Shown: positions 36,910 through 47,517 of the stretch, piece after piece
How the letters are laid out: every line of letters starts with the position of its first letter
Position numbering within the stretch: the first letter of the stretch is position 1
Assembly: GCA_031429075.1 (NCBI GenBank)
Contig: JANOYW010000080.1
Span: 34,991 to 98,990, forward strand
From: Bdellovibrionales bacterium
Lineage (GTDB): Bacteria; Bdellovibrionota; Bdellovibrionia; Bdellovibrionales; JAGQZY01
Reading direction: 5' to 3'
DNA length: 64,000 nucleotides
Translations under genes and position numbers: made by a program
The notes under the pieces: model-generated
Seen by the model: only the letters and a program-made list of their open reading frames with translations
Told to the model about the DNA's origin: nothing
The model's database searches: none

Positions 36910-37830
36910 TTATGGGCAAGGCCTATAGACGCTTCCGTTTAAGTCCAGATTAAAAAAAACAGTGGAAAATTTTAGGGCTTTGGCTCGCGTGCAAGTCGCT
37001 GCCGAATACGCATTGTACTCCGCATTCAGAACGGCTTTGTTTTGTGCAATAAAAGGCGAGTAGGCATCACATTCGTTATACTTAAAGCATTCCTCAACGA
37101 CCGCAAAGTCAAAGGTCGAAACTAAATTTTCAACCAAATCAGTGGCGTTCTTAAGGGCAATGGTCATCCCACGTTTGTGGGATTCATTGGCTAAAAAAGT
37201 GAGGAAATTAATTTGATCCTGTTTGCTAAGATTAAATCCACTGTTGTTTGCATAGCCGTCGACGTTGTCGGGCTCGACGCCATCGCAGCCTTTACTTTTT
37301 GCTAAGTCTAAGCGATTGAGCATAATATTTCGAACTGTTTGGTTTCGCACATCCAACCACTTTTCCCCGGGCCAGCCCAAGCCGTTGCCTAATGCGATTG
37401 CGGGGAATTGTTTTTCGTCGGGACGCCAATTTTCGTAAGTGCCAGCGGAAAAATAACAGATCACAAGGTGTTGTGCGGCTTTCAACGCGCTAAAGGTTGC
37501 CGTTGTTTGATCAAAGAGATCCACGTCATACACTTTTGCAGTTTGATTTAAATTTAAGGCTCCTTGTAATTGCCAATACCAACTCGTACCAGCCGGGATG
37601 CTTTTGAGCGAAGCAGCGGGAGGTGTCGCCGGAGGAGGCATCTCGGTTGGTGGCATCTCGGCGGGTGGTGTGGCGGGAGGGGGAGTGCCTTCAGCAGTTT
37701 GGTCATCTGCTGGAATCTGTGACGCGGCGGTTTGCATTCCACTCAGACTGCTCGCACTGTCGCAGTTTTGATAAAGCACACAAGTCACTGTCAAAAACAG
37801 CATAAAAAAAATGGATCTCAACTTTGTCAT
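36910..37830 (-). CDS. Endo-alpha-1,4-polygalactosaminidase (GH114), lipoprotein-like with Pro-rich linker
   Basis: WYWQL, DVDLF, ICYFSAGTYENWRPD, GWPGEKWLD, GCDGVEPDNVD, LKNA, AVVEEC; YQNC signal; TPPPATPPAEMPPTEMPPPATPP linker. Confidence 0.92.
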   Translation of the reverse strand: MTKLRSIFFMLFLTVTCVLYQNCDSASSLSGMQTAASQIPADDQTAEGTPPPATPPAEMPPTEMPPPATPPAASLKSIPAGTSWYWQLQGALNLNQTAKVYDVDLFDQTTATFSALKAAQHLVICYFSAGTYENWRPDEKQFPAIALGNGLGWPGEKWLDVRNQTVRNIMLNRLDLAKSKGCDGVEPDNVDGYANNSGFNLSKQDQINFLTFLANESHKRGMTIALKNATDLVENLVSTFDFAVVEECFKYNECDAYSPFIAQNKAVLNAEYNAYSAATCTRAKALKFSTVFFNLDLNGSVYRPCP

Positions 37831-37938
37831 TTAGCCCCCAAGCACAATTCTAGAATATCAAAGCTAGAATCGAAACTCCACGGCCAAAGACGTTTCGTCT
37901 CAGTAAGAGTCTTTCTGAGACAGTTGATGGGACATCAT

Positions 37939-38406
37939 TTAAGAGCGCTTCATTTTAAAAAAATCTTTTAAAACCAAAGCGCATTCTGTTTCGAGAGTTC
38001 CGCTGACCACTTCCACATGGTGGTTGTGTTTATTGTTCGAAAGTAAACCGAAAACACTTTCCGCCCCACCCTTGGGGTCAGAGGCGCCATAAACCAAAGT
38101 TTTAATCCGCGCCTGAATCAGGGCCCCCGCGCACATCACACAGGGTTCAAGGGTGGTCACCAATACGCAGTCCACCAGCCGCCACGAACCCAGCCGCTGG
38201 CTGGCCTCATGCAAAGCCAAAAGCTCCGCGTGGGCCGAGGGGGATTGCAGGGCTTCGCGTAAATTATGGGCACGTGCAATAATTTGGTCGTCCTTGATGA
38301 CCAGGGCCCCCACCGGGACCTCGTCTTTGCCAGCGGCAATACGGGCCTCTTCAAGGGCCAAACGAATCCAATTTTCATGTTTTTCGGCAAGTTCCAAAGC
38401 GTTCAT
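37939..38406 (-). CDS. tadA: tRNA adenosine(34) deaminase
   Basis: EVPVGA, AHAE, WRL, TLEPCVMCAGA, DPKGG. Confidence 0.93.
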   Translation of the reverse strand: MNALELAEKHENWIRLALEEARIAAGKDEVPVGALVIKDDQIIARAHNLREALQSPSAHAELLALHEASQRLGSWRLVDCVLVTTLEPCVMCAGALIQARIKTLVYGASDPKGGAESVFGLLSNNKHNHHVEVVSGTLETECALVLKDFFKMKRS

Positions 38407-38504
38407 TGCTCGCCATTTTAAAAGGCGTTTCGCCCAATGTCATTAAAGATGACAGCCCTAAGTACTTTTGTTAAGACCATCCGTTGAAGGGCAGGTGATT
38501 GACT

Positions 38505-38705
38505 ATGTCATTAGTAAGATTGCGCGATGGCGAGAGCTTTGAACAAGCCTTCCGTCGTTTTAAGAAATCCTGCGAAAAATCAGGCGTTTTATCTGAAGTT
38601 AAAAAGCGCGAACATTACGAAAAACCTGGCGTTCGAAAAAAGAAAAAATCGATGTCAGCTCGTAAACGTTCGTTGAAAAAAGTACGACGCTTTGGAGATT
38701 ACTAA
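38505..38705 (+). CDS. rpsU: 30S ribosomal protein S21
   Basis: [12 protein letters not shown]...KKREHYEKP; upstream of yqeY-dnaG-rpoD. Confidence 0.97.
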   Translation: MSLVRLRDGESFEQAFRRFKKSCEKSGVLSEVKKREHYEKPGVRKKKKSMSARKRSLKKVRRFGDY

Positions 38706-38722
38706 CTTGGAGTTTATTAATC

Positions 38723-39175
38723 ATGTCGCTTAAGCAACAGATATCAGATGACACCAAAGATGCTATGAAGGCGAGGGATGCTGACAAGGTTAGCACTCTT
38801 CGTTTTTTACAAGCTGCTGTTAAAAATAAGGAAATTGAACTTCGTCCCAACGCTTTAACCGATGAAGACGTTGTGACTGTCCTTAGAAAGTCCGTCAAAC
38901 AAAGACAGGACTCGATCGAACAGTATGTGTCAGCGGGTCGAACAGATCTCGCCGACAAAGAAAAATTGGAGTTATCGATTATCGAGGGATATTTACCCAA
39001 GCAAATGAGCGCAGATCAAATCGAGGCTGTTGTAAAACAGGCTATCAAAGATGTCGGTGCCACGTCGCCCAAGGAAATGGGAGCCGTGATGAAAGCGGTT
39101 CAAGCGAAAACTAACGGTACCGCAGACAACAAGATCGTCAGCGAAATAGTCAAAAAGTTACTTCAGCCCCAATAA
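38723..39175 (+). CDS. yqeY: GatB/YqeY domain protein
   Basis: KDAMKARD..LRFL..KNKEI, KQRQDSIEQY..GR.DL, YLPKQ, MGAVMK; canonical position. Confidence 0.93.
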   Translation: MSLKQQISDDTKDAMKARDADKVSTLRFLQAAVKNKEIELRPNALTDEDVVTVLRKSVKQRQDSIEQYVSAGRTDLADKEKLELSIIEGYLPKQMSADQIEAVVKQAIKDVGATSPKEMGAVMKAVQAKTNGTADNKIVSEIVKKLLQPQ

Positions 39176-39191
39176 TTAATGTTTAGATAAC

Positions 39192-39220
39192 GGAGCCTCC
39201 TTCCAAGGGAGCTCCTTTTT
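39192..39220 (+). terminator. Intra-operon terminator between yqeY and dnaG
   Basis: Imperfect stem GGAGCCTCC/GGGAGCTCC followed by TTTTT; analogous to the terminator ahead of dnaG in the macromolecular synthesis operon. Confidence 0.55.
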
Positions 39221-39242
39221 AATTTGGGGATTGGAATTACAA

Positions 39243-41069
39243 TTGAAATTTAACCAAGACTTTATTGAGCAGGTCCGAGATGCCAATAACGTCGTCGATA
39301 TTATTGGTCAGTACACGGAGCTAAAAGGCCGAGGGCACCAATTTATGGGCCTCTGTCCATTCCCTGACCACAACGAAAAATCTCCCAGCTTTTCGGTCTC
39401 CGACAACAAACAAGTCTATCACTGCTTCGGCTGTAAAAAATCAGGTAACGTCTACACTTTTTTGCAAGAACACAGCGGCCTTAGCTTTACTGACGCCGTG
39501 GAGTTTTTAGCTCGCAGAGCAAATATCCCGATGCCTGAAAACACCGATGACAACAAAGAGCGCACCCACAGGACCACTTTTTTTCGCATCAATAAATTTG
39601 CGGCCTCTTTCTTTTACCGACAGCTCAAAACATTGCCCGATGATCACATCGCTAAAAAATATCTCCTGCAGCGTGGACTCACTGACGAGGTGGTCGACGA
39701 AATGAAAATTGGTTATGCCGGCGACAATTGGTCGGATCTTTACGAATTTTTTCGCGACAAAAGTGTACCGCTCGAGGAAGCCGAGCGCCTGGGGCTTATC
39801 AAGCCAAAAAAGAACGGGTACTTTGATCTTTTTCACCATCGTTTGATTTTTCCCATTCTCTCAACTCAAGAAGACGTGGTGGGCTTTGGCGGACGGGTAC
39901 TCGACAAAGAGCAAAAGCCCAAATATCTCAACAGTCCCGAATCTCCCGTTTTTCATAAAGGGCGCACCTTTTACGGACTCAACTTTGCCGCCAAGGCCAT
40001 TCGTCAGCACGATCGGGTTGTGATTGTTGAAGGCTACATGGATCAGATTGCTTTGTATTCGGCAGGAATTAAAAACGTTGTTGCCACATTGGGAACAGCA
40101 CTCACCGAGGACCACGCCCGGGTGATTCACAAGTACACCTCACAAGTTGTACTGATGTTCGATGGCGACTTCGCAGGAATGAATGCCGCCGAGCGCAGCT
40201 TGGTGCCGATGTTTGCTCAGGGGCTGTGTCCGCTGGCAGTTTTTTTACCAGAATCCTTGGATCCCGACGATTATGTAAAAAAATACGGCGCCGAAGCCTT
40301 ACAAAATAAAATCAATCAGGCTCAGGAGCTATTTATTCTGATGATCAATGATTGGTTAAAGGACTCTAAATTTACGGCTGGCGAAAAACTGGTTTTTATG
40401 GAAAAGGTCGCACCCTATCTAAACGTGATCAGCGATCGCAGCCTCAAAGATCTCTACATCAAAGAGGTGGCCACGCGACTTTCCGTGGATACAAAATGGG
40501 TGAATCGGTCCCTTCAAGACGAGGCGCCAAAGCCCCTGGCTTCGCAAAAAGCAACGCCGACGGAACAAACGCCAACCGCCCCAATCACAGACCCCAATGA
40601 ACCACCCCAGTGGAAGCTCAAAGGTGCTCCGAAAGAGGAGCTTTACCTGTTGGGAGTGGTCCTTAACTCACCAGAATCACTTATCAAAGTGATTGATACG
40701 GATGTGGGATCGAAATTTTCTTCAGAGTCTGTGAAAAAACTACTGTCCCTTGTCATCGAGAGATATAGACAAAATCCAAGTGATTTTGATAAGCTGGCGC
40801 CGCTAGTGGTCTCTCGCATTAAAGACCCTGAAGAACTTACAGGTTTGTTTAAATTTTGGTCCCTGGATGGGGCCGAAGACGAGGTTATGAAGACCACGTT
40901 GAGCTGCATAAAACGGGTTGAAGCGCACAATTTTCGGCGCCAAAGCCAAATAATAGCAGGACAGCTCCAAAACGGAGTAGAAGGCACTAGTTTAGAAAAG
41001 TTGGAACAGATCATGAATATACATAAGAATCGAATTCAATTAAATCGCCCCGTAAAAGGAGAGCCATGA
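39243..41069 (+). CDS. dnaG: DNA primase
   Basis: [17 protein letters not shown] zinc finger, KYLNSPE, VEGYMD, GTALT, DGDFAG, DPDD; TTG start. Confidence 0.97.
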   Translation: MKFNQDFIEQVRDANNVVDIIGQYTELKGRGHQFMGLCPFPDHNEKSPSFSVSDNKQVYHCFGCKKSGNVYTFLQEHSGLSFTDAVEFLARRANIPMPENTDDNKERTHRTTFFRINKFAASFFYRQLKTLPDDHIAKKYLLQRGLTDEVVDEMKIGYAGDNWSDLYEFFRDKSVPLEEAERLGLIKPKKNGYFDLFHHRLIFPILSTQEDVVGFGGRVLDKEQKPKYLNSPESPVFHKGRTFYGLNFAAKAIRQHDRVVIVEGYMDQIALYSAGIKNVVATLGTALTEDHARVIHKYTSQVVLMFDGDFAGMNAAERSLVPMFAQGLCPLAVFLPESLDPDDYVKKYGAEALQNKINQAQELFILMINDWLKDSKFTAGEKLVFMEKVAPYLNVISDRSLKDLYIKEVATRLSVDTKWVNRSLQDEAPKPLASQKATPTEQTPTAPITDPNEPPQWKLKGAPKEELYLLGVVLNSPESLIKVIDTDVGSKFSSESVKKLLSLVIERYRQNPSDFDKLAPLVVSRIKDPEELTGLFKFWSLDGAEDEVMKTTLSCIKRVEAHNFRRQSQIIAGQLQNGVEGTSLEKLEQIMNIHKNRIQLNRPVKGEP

Positions 41070-42865
41070 ACAAGCCGAAAAAAGAAGAGGTTCCCGTTAT
41101 AACCATCGACGAACAAAAAAAGATGATCAAAGAAGAGCTAAGAAAGCTCGTGGAGCTTTCCTTAAAAAAAGGCTCACTCACTGTTGAAGAAATCAACGAG
41201 TCCGTCGCTGTTGAAATCATAGCTTGCGAAGCTCTAGATTCCCTAATGCACGGTCTTGAGGTGCAAGGTGTGAGTATCACTGAGCACGTACATGAAGAAG
41301 AAGAGGGCGAAGAAACAGCCTTCCTCGAAGAGATCGATGACAGCGAAGAAGAAGACGTTGCAGAAGCCACCGATGTTAAAGGCAGTGACCCCGTTCGCAT
41401 GTACCTACGCAAAATGGGAAGCGTTTCGCTTTTAACTCGCGAAGGTGAAGTGCAAATTGCCCAGAGAATCGAAAAAGGGGAGCGCCAAATCGTGCGCGCC
41501 ATCCTCACAACACCGATTGGGACTCGTGAGATCATCAACCTTGGTGAGCGCGTGGACAAAGGCCGCTTAAAAGTAAAAGCGATCTTCCGTGGTCTTGAAG
41601 ATGAAGAAACTCAATACAACGAACAAGAATACATCGACAAAATTCACGAATTGATTGGCGAAGTTAAAAAATACGAAAAGAAAGCTAAGAGATTTTTTAA
41701 AGTTCTCGAGCAAGTCGAAGTTTCTGAAAAAGACAAAAAAGATGCTGAGCAGGAAATCTCTGTGATTGTGGACGAGTTGATGGTGAAGTTTGAATCCATT
41801 AACTTTAATCGCAAAACCATCAACCGTGTTGTGATTAAGTTTAAAAACTTAGTTCAGCGCATGTCGCAGCTTCAAGGGCGCGTAAAAGAAGCCGTTGCAA
41901 AGACCTTCTCGAAAGATCTTACGGTTCTTGCTGAACGCTATGCAAGAGTGGAATCCAGCGAAAAAGAAATCGCGGTGATGACTCGCGAAACAGGTTTAAA
42001 TTTTAACAAATTCCGTGGGTACTATTTGTCGGCGTCGGACGCACAATTGCGCGTTTCAACACTCACCGAAGACACTCAGATGCATTTTAACTGGATTCGC
42101 GAAACCAACACAGCCATTTGGCGTGGTGAGCGCGATGCAGACCGTGCAAAATCTGAACTCGTTGAGGCCAACCTTCGACTTGTGGTTTCCATTGCAAAAA
42201 AATACACCAACCGTGGTCTACAGTTTTTAGATTTGATCCAAGAAGGCAACATTGGTTTGATGAAAGCCGTTGATAAGTTTGAATATCGTCGTGGATATAA
42301 ATTTTCGACATACGCCACATGGTGGATCCGTCAGGCCATCACTCGCGCCATTGCCGATCAGGCGCGCACAATTCGTATTCCAGTGCACATGATCGAAACC
42401 ATCAACAAACTCGTTCGTACATCTCGTTATCTTGTTCAGGAATTAGGTCGTGAGCCACAGCCTGAAGAGATCGCGGTAAAAATGGATATGCACGTTGATA
42501 AAGTTCGCAAGGTTTTAAAAATCGCCAAAGAGCCAATCAGTCTCGAAACTCCAGTGGGTGAAGAGGAAGATTCGCACTTGGGAGATTTTATTGAAGACAA
42601 AAAGGTCATCAACCCTGCAGAAGCCATTGTGAACTTAAACTTAGCCGAACAAACACGCCGAGTTCTTTCGACGCTCACCGCGCGCGAAGAAAAAGTTCTC
42701 CGTATGCGTTTTGGTATCGGCGAAGAAAGCGATCACACGTTGGAAGAAGTGGGTCAGGATTTTAACGTAACTCGCGAACGTATTCGTCAGATTGAGGCGA
42801 AGGCTTTACGCAAGCTTCGTCATCCTTCACGCTCCGCGAAGTTGAAAGCATTTATAGATAGTTAA
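41066..42865 (+). CDS. rpoD: RNA polymerase primary sigma factor
   Basis: [65 protein letters not shown]. Confidence 0.98.
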   Translation: MNKPKKEEVPVITIDEQKKMIKEELRKLVELSLKKGSLTVEEINESVAVEIIACEALDSLMHGLEVQGVSITEHVHEEEEGEETAFLEEIDDSEEEDVAEATDVKGSDPVRMYLRKMGSVSLLTREGEVQIAQRIEKGERQIVRAILTTPIGTREIINLGERVDKGRLKVKAIFRGLEDEETQYNEQEYIDKIHELIGEVKKYEKKAKRFFKVLEQVEVSEKDKKDAEQEISVIVDELMVKFESINFNRKTINRVVIKFKNLVQRMSQLQGRVKEAVAKTFSKDLTVLAERYARVESSEKEIAVMTRETGLNFNKFRGYYLSASDAQLRVSTLTEDTQMHFNWIRETNTAIWRGERDADRAKSELVEANLRLVVSIAKKYTNRGLQFLDLIQEGNIGLMKAVDKFEYRRGYKFSTYATWWIRQAITRAIADQARTIRIPVHMIETINKLVRTSRYLVQELGREPQPEEIAVKMDMHVDKVRKVLKIAKEPISLETPVGEEEDSHLGDFIEDKKVINPAEAIVNLNLAEQTRRVLSTLTAREEKVLRMRFGIGEESDHTLEEVGQDFNVTRERIRQIEAKALRKLRHPSRSAKLKAFIDS

Positions 42866-42870
42866 TACCA

Positions 42871-42906
42871 GATATCGGATATCGAGATATCTGATATCTT
42901 GATATC
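42871..42906. repeat. Five closely spaced GATATC palindromes
   Basis: GATATC at 42871, 42878, 42886, 42893 and 42901, between the rpoD stop and the tRNA. Confidence 0.85.
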
Positions 42907-42918
42907 CGTGTAATCAAC

Positions 42919-42995
42919 GGGGGTGTAGCTTAGTTGGTTAAAGCATCCGGCTCATAACCGGAGGATCCGCGGTTCAAGTCCGTGCACCCCTACCA
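42919..42995 (+). tRNA. tRNA with CAT anticodon, most likely tRNA-Ile2 (lysidine); elongator Met not excluded
   Basis: Acceptor GGGGGTG/CACCCCT-A-CCA, D arm TAGCTTAGTTGGTTAAAGC, anticodon arm TCCGG-CTCATAA-CCGGA, GGTTCAAGTCC T arm; position after rpoD and anticodon stem favour Ile2. Confidence 0.93.
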
Positions 42996-43045
42996 TACTT
43001 TCGATCGATTGTTTTGTGGTTCTCGTTGTTTCAATTTTCCATTTC

Positions 43046-43190
43046 GTAGTTCACCTGCACGGACAGATCGCTTTCGCGATCATGCGTGCTCACCTTCGCC
43101 TTCGCTTCGGCTCGCACGCATATGCTCCGCACTAAAACGCGCCCCCCGGCGCGTTTTACCGCGGGCACAACGTGCACTCCTACCATACTT
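43046..43190. repeat. Structured REP/REPIN- or MITE-like element ending in a copy of the tRNA 3' end
   Basis: 42981-43000 repeated at 43171-43190 (19/20); internal hairpins 43066-43081, 43082-43121 and 43133-43158; bounded by GTAG (43046) and CTAC (43180-43183). Confidence 0.6.
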
Positions 43191-43311
43191 CACTGTCATC
43201 CTGAGCTTTGCGATGGATCTCTAGGCGTTATGTCATGACTTGTTTTCGACTTTTGATCGTGCAAGCATCATTTTTGATTAAAGCTAAATTGTAAAATGAG
43301 GAGAATCTTAA

Positions 43312-44142
43312 ATGAAAACAGTGATGTTATTTTTTTTAGGCGGTGTCCATCTTTTTGGTTCGGTGGCGATAGCTAACGTTTGCGGCCGAAGTCCAATTGT
43401 TCAGCAGGCAATATTAGAGGCTACCTACCTCACCTCGTGTGATAAAGTTGACGAGTTTGAACTGAATAAAATTAATAAATTACGTGTTTATACTGAGTAC
43501 GATGCTTCAGTGACTTTTTTAAAAGGGGATTTTGAAGGGCTGGCTTCACTAACGATTCTGTACCTGCATGCTTCAACGACAGATTATCCTGACCAATTAC
43601 TAGCTCCCTTGGCCAATCTTAAAGAACTTTACATAAACTTCCAGCGCTATAATGTAAAAGTTCGTCCTAATTTCTTTGTTGGTTTAACCCACTTACAAAG
43701 ACTCGAGTTGTTCGCTTTAGATGATTTGCAAGGCGGACCCATTGCTTTACCGGAAGGTCTACTGAATCCTTTAGTATCCTTACACTATCTGGATATTTCA
43801 GGTTCATGGCCATCTCCAATGATCAATCTGTTTTTGAATTTTCCCATAGATGGGCGACTAGTTCCAAATCCGCAAATATTAAGAATTCTAAAATTGGGCC
43901 ACCTCGGTATAGAGAAACTCCCTCCTCGTTTTGGTGAGAATATGGACCAGCTAAATTGTTTAGATCTAGAGAACAATAACATTACGGAAATCGATCCCTT
44001 GAATCTTAAAAATCTCGTAAGCAGTCTTGAGAATTTCGGTGTGGCCGATAACCCATTGTCGAAAGTTTCTAAAGAAAATCTACTCACTGTTTTCGGTTCA
44101 AAAGTTATGGATTTTGATGCATCGGCCTGTAGTTGGAAATAA
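43312..44142 (+). CDS. Secreted leucine-rich repeat protein
   Basis: Signal peptide, N-cap Cys pair, repeated LxxLxxLxL units (FEGLASLTILYL, LANLKELYI, LTHLQRLEL, LNCLDLENNNI), NPL C-cap; GAGGAG RBS. Confidence 0.85.
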   Translation: MKTVMLFFLGGVHLFGSVAIANVCGRSPIVQQAILEATYLTSCDKVDEFELNKINKLRVYTEYDASVTFLKGDFEGLASLTILYLHASTTDYPDQLLAPLANLKELYINFQRYNVKVRPNFFVGLTHLQRLELFALDDLQGGPIALPEGLLNPLVSLHYLDISGSWPSPMINLFLNFPIDGRLVPNPQILRILKLGHLGIEKLPPRFGENMDQLNCLDLENNNITEIDPLNLKNLVSSLENFGVADNPLSKVSKENLLTVFGSKVMDFDASACSWK

Positions 44143-44151
44143 ATTGCGAGC

Positions 44152-45366
44152 TTACTGACTTCGAGTTTTGATTACAGTTAGGATATTTTCTAAGTCGGCG
44201 ATGAGTTGATCTCGGAAACCTGTTTGAACTTCGGTCTCCAAATGATCTTTGTATTCAGTGGCCAGTGTCTGCAGATAGGTGAGGAGTTGGTGATCGAACG
44301 GGTTGTTTAACGGGCGGTGGCTTAATTCTATGACTGCTTGGTGTAACGTATTCACACTTTGCAGTCGTGCGATGACTGTGTCGCTTTGGTTAGAAGCCAA
44401 AAATCCCAATGCGCGTCCTGCGCCTTTGAGGGAATTTAACGGGTCGGAAAAGGGTGGGGCGACTCTTCGAGTTTCACTCAAATTCATATTGCCGTCGATA
44501 ATGAGAAGGTCTTCCACCGTACTCATCACGTGGCGCTGAGCGGCCCTGATAAGAGGGATGCCAATGCTCTCGGTGGGTATTTCGACTGTTTCTCCAACGT
44601 GGTGTCCAATGCGAGAAACTACGTCTCCTGTTACGAAGTAATTCGAAGTTAACATTTGTGGGATCACGATTTCGGCGGCGGCGGAATTGGGGAGAGCCAG
44701 TTCTAAAGCGCCAAAGCCATTGAATGTAACGAGCTCAATTCGACCAGGAGTAAAACGCATCAGCGTGCGTAAGCTCTGAACTTTATAGGCAAAAATCTGC
44801 GCTATACCTCCACCCAAACTGTGGCCAGTGATGATCCAATTTTTTCCGGCAATGGGGTCGCCAGCGTTGTCGATGTACAAACAGTCGATCATTTTTTTGA
44901 CCATGGCCTCCATGTGCTCGATTTGGTCCAGACCCATGTTTAAATCGGCCAGCCAATCGATGGCGGTTTCCGACCCTGCAAAGGAAAAAATCCACGGTGC
45001 CGAGGTGTCATTGGGGACGAGTATCACAAATTTTAAACCCGATTGGCGATTGGAATAAGAATCAAAATAATGGTAACCGTGAATTTGCGCGGACACTCCA
45101 CGATCCACAAAATCCACAAAATTATTAATAAACTCGTTTCCGTTTTTTGTATTTTCTAAGTCGGGCAGAGCGTAAGCTAAGGTGGAGGCTTTCATGGCCA
45201 GCCAGTGACGTTCCTCCATGGTTGTGTCCGTAAGTTTTCTCGCTGGAGTATCAAATTGCGGTTCGGTCATGGTCGATTTTTGCAAAGAGGAATAGCACCA
45301 GCCCGTGTCTTGGCCAAAGGCGAAGCTCGAAACAAAAATAATTACGACACATAAAAAAATGGGCAT
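44152..45366 (-). CDS. Secreted lipase class 3-like alpha/beta hydrolase
   Basis: Signal peptide, FSFAGSE..DW..DL, ITGHSLGG, VTFNG, GDVVS. Confidence 0.85.
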   Translation of the reverse strand: MPIFLCVVIIFVSSFAFGQDTGWCYSSLQKSTMTEPQFDTPARKLTDTTMEERHWLAMKASTLAYALPDLENTKNGNEFINNFVDFVDRGVSAQIHGYHYFDSYSNRQSGLKFVILVPNDTSAPWIFSFAGSETAIDWLADLNMGLDQIEHMEAMVKKMIDCLYIDNAGDPIAGKNWIITGHSLGGGIAQIFAYKVQSLRTLMRFTPGRIELVTFNGFGALELALPNSAAAEIVIPQMLTSNYFVTGDVVSRIGHHVGETVEIPTESIGIPLIRAAQRHVMSTVEDLLIIDGNMNLSETRRVAPPFSDPLNSLKGAGRALGFLASNQSDTVIARLQSVNTLHQAVIELSHRPLNNPFDHQLLTYLQTLATEYKDHLETEVQTGFRDQLIADLENILTVIKTRSQ

Positions 45367-45465
45367 ATGGAAATTCCTCTAATAGATTCTTTTGGATTGG
45401 TATCATGAGTTTTGATGGAACAACAAAAAATGGTTTAATTATGTAAAATAGCCATACACAGAAGC

Positions 45466-46155
45466 CTAAGTTTCACAAAAATTGAAAAGCACGTCTGCAA
45501 ATTGGTTCAGCTCTAAGATTTCGTCATGACTGCCACCAAGATCAGGGTGAAACACCCTGGCCAATTTTTTTCGCGCTAAACTTACGGCCTCTGCACTCAA
45601 GGACTCCTCTAATGCAAAACCATTTTCGGAAAAGTAGCGTAAAGCCTCTACCACGTTGTCGGGAAATAGTGGTGTTATGGGCTTTTTGGAGCTTTTGGTT
45701 TTTTTAAACTTTTGCGCGCGTTCCTTTTGCAGTTGATACTGCTGTTTTCGGTAGTCGGCTTGTTTTAATTTGTAAGCTGCCTGAGATTCTATTTGTGTTT
45801 GCGAAAGCTTGGGTCGTTGCGCCTCTGGCGCGGACGTATCGGTGGATGTTGTGAGTTCGGTTTTGCATGAAAAAAAATCAGGGTTTTTTTCTTCGACCAC
45901 AAGGAGGGTGGCCCAAATGTGTTTGCACAAACTCCCTTTTTTTCCTTGCGGGCAATTGCAAACTACGGTGACGAGGGGACTATCAATGGACGGACTTCTA
46001 AACTGCACTTTAAAGGAAGTAGACCCTCGAACGTAAGCCTGAAGCTCGGTGTCTGTCGGGCGCATCAGAGCCACTTTCCCTTTGCCGACAAAGGCTTGTC
46101 CCGCGTTGCGTACCTCTGGTTTAAAAAAATGCTCCCACGTCTCTATCGCCATCAT
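45466..46155 (-). CDS. SWIM zinc finger protein with C-terminal J-domain-like segment
   Basis: CNCP...CKHIWA (CxC..CxH); ARKKLARVFHPDLGG (HPD). Confidence 0.75.
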   Translation of the reverse strand: MMAIETWEHFFKPEVRNAGQAFVGKGKVALMRPTDTELQAYVRGSTSFKVQFRSPSIDSPLVTVVCNCPQGKKGSLCKHIWATLLVVEEKNPDFFSCKTELTTSTDTSAPEAQRPKLSQTQIESQAAYKLKQADYRKQQYQLQKERAQKFKKTKSSKKPITPLFPDNVVEALRYFSENGFALEESLSAEAVSLARKKLARVFHPDLGGSHDEILELNQFADVLFNFCET

Positions 46156-46194
46156 TTAGACCTACCTCAGGCGGGCTCGTGAGGACAACGAGTT

Positions 46195-47316
46195 TTATTG
46201 AATCGCAGCATTATCACGCGCTTTTACCGTCGACCAAATGAGGCGTGCGATGTGTTCGTATCCAGCGTCGTTAAAGTGAACTTCGTCCGAATAAAAATCC
46301 GCGGGCCGAAGGTTACTGTTATAAAAAGGATCAGAAATATCGATAACAAAATCAATTTCTCTTTTATTCAGTTCGCTTCTGGCGACAACAAAAAACTCTC
46401 GAAAATCTTTATTTAAGCTTGCAGGATTTACGCCAGAAGGAACGTCTGTAGCGGAGGCATAAAGATAGGGTTGAAAAAAAACCATAAACTTAGTTTTTTT
46501 GAGGGCGCAGTAATTATTGATCAACGTCATATTTTCCAAATAGCGATCGATGGTTTGGTGGACCCACGCATCTCGCGGAAGACTCACATTTGGTTGGGCT
46601 AAATGTTTTTTTCGATATTGCTGCTCTTCAAACTGAATGCCAAAAAAAGTAAACACCTGCCGAAGTCTAAAATGCCGTAAGATCGAGGTTTTCTGCAAGT
46701 ACTCCTTAACAGCATTGTCTCTAAACTCTGTCGAACGAATATCTTCCACCCAGGCACTAAGATCCTCAAAAGATTCGGGAGCGTCAGGGGGAATAGAAGA
46801 GTCCTTGCGATCAAAGGCGGTTATTATATCATTGAAGCCCGAAAGAGATATTACGAGTGCCGGGTTTTCGTTTTGAACTTGTTTGAGATAGCGCAACAAC
46901 TCCTGAAACGAATTCCACGAGGGAACACCCGTATTCACGAAAAAATATTCCCCCTGGATGCGGTTAAGAACTCCCGTGATTGTGGTTTCGTTGGCGTCGG
47001 TGCCATGGCCAAAAGCTGTGCTTCCACCCAGCAAGAATGCCAGCTTTCGCTTTCCGCGCTTTTCGGGGCCCGGTCCTCGGAAGCCCCTGGCATCCACCCA
47101 ACTGTTTTTATCGTTTAATTTTTCTAATAGATCAGGTCGCGTGGGAAAGGAAAAAAAATAGTAAGGATGCAAAAACTGCTGATTAAACTGAATGGTTTTG
47201 GAGGAGGTTTCTCCTCTTTTTTGAGGAGCCGAAAGATAAGCGTCCATGATTACGGCAATCAAATACAGCGAAAATATACAGACGAAGAACTTGTAAAAAA
47301 CCGTTAGCTTTTTCAA
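46195..47316 (-). CDS. Membrane-anchored SGNH/GDSL hydrolase
   Basis: N-terminal TM helix, GFRG, LGGSTAFG, NTGV, GFND, DEVHFN. Confidence 0.85.
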   Translation of the reverse strand: MKKLTVFYKFFVCIFSLYLIAVIMDAYLSAPQKRGETSSKTIQFNQQFLHPYYFFSFPTRPDLLEKLNDKNSWVDARGFRGPGPEKRGKRKLAFLLGGSTAFGHGTDANETTITGVLNRIQGEYFFVNTGVPSWNSFQELLRYLKQVQNENPALVISLSGFNDIITAFDRKDSSIPPDAPESFEDLSAWVEDIRSTEFRDNAVKEYLQKTSILRHFRLRQVFTFFGIQFEEQQYRKKHLAQPNVSLPRDAWVHQTIDRYLENMTLINNYCALKKTKFMVFFQPYLYASATDVPSGVNPASLNKDFREFFVVARSELNKREIDFVIDISDPFYNSNLRPADFYSDEVHFNDAGYEHIARLIWSTVKARDNAAIQ

Positions 47317-47517
47317 TTGGACCTTACCTCTTCTTTTCGGTTCATTGACTTTAAGGGTGATAGCGAAACTCGGGTACTAATTACATGGCGCATTTCCTCA
47401 CTCTTTGGCGTCTTTTCGAGTTTTAAAGCAAATAATTGGCCATTTTGACCCTCAGATATTGACCAGAGGGGGATTTTTATCCAATATGGGGCCCAAATCT
47501 TTAACGAGGAACGAATT

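Noticed and set aside
42982-43224. 80-aa ORF after the tRNA
   Set aside because: Overlaps the tRNA 3' end and hairpin element, has no RBS and a low-complexity Arg/Ser/Pro composition; probably spurious.
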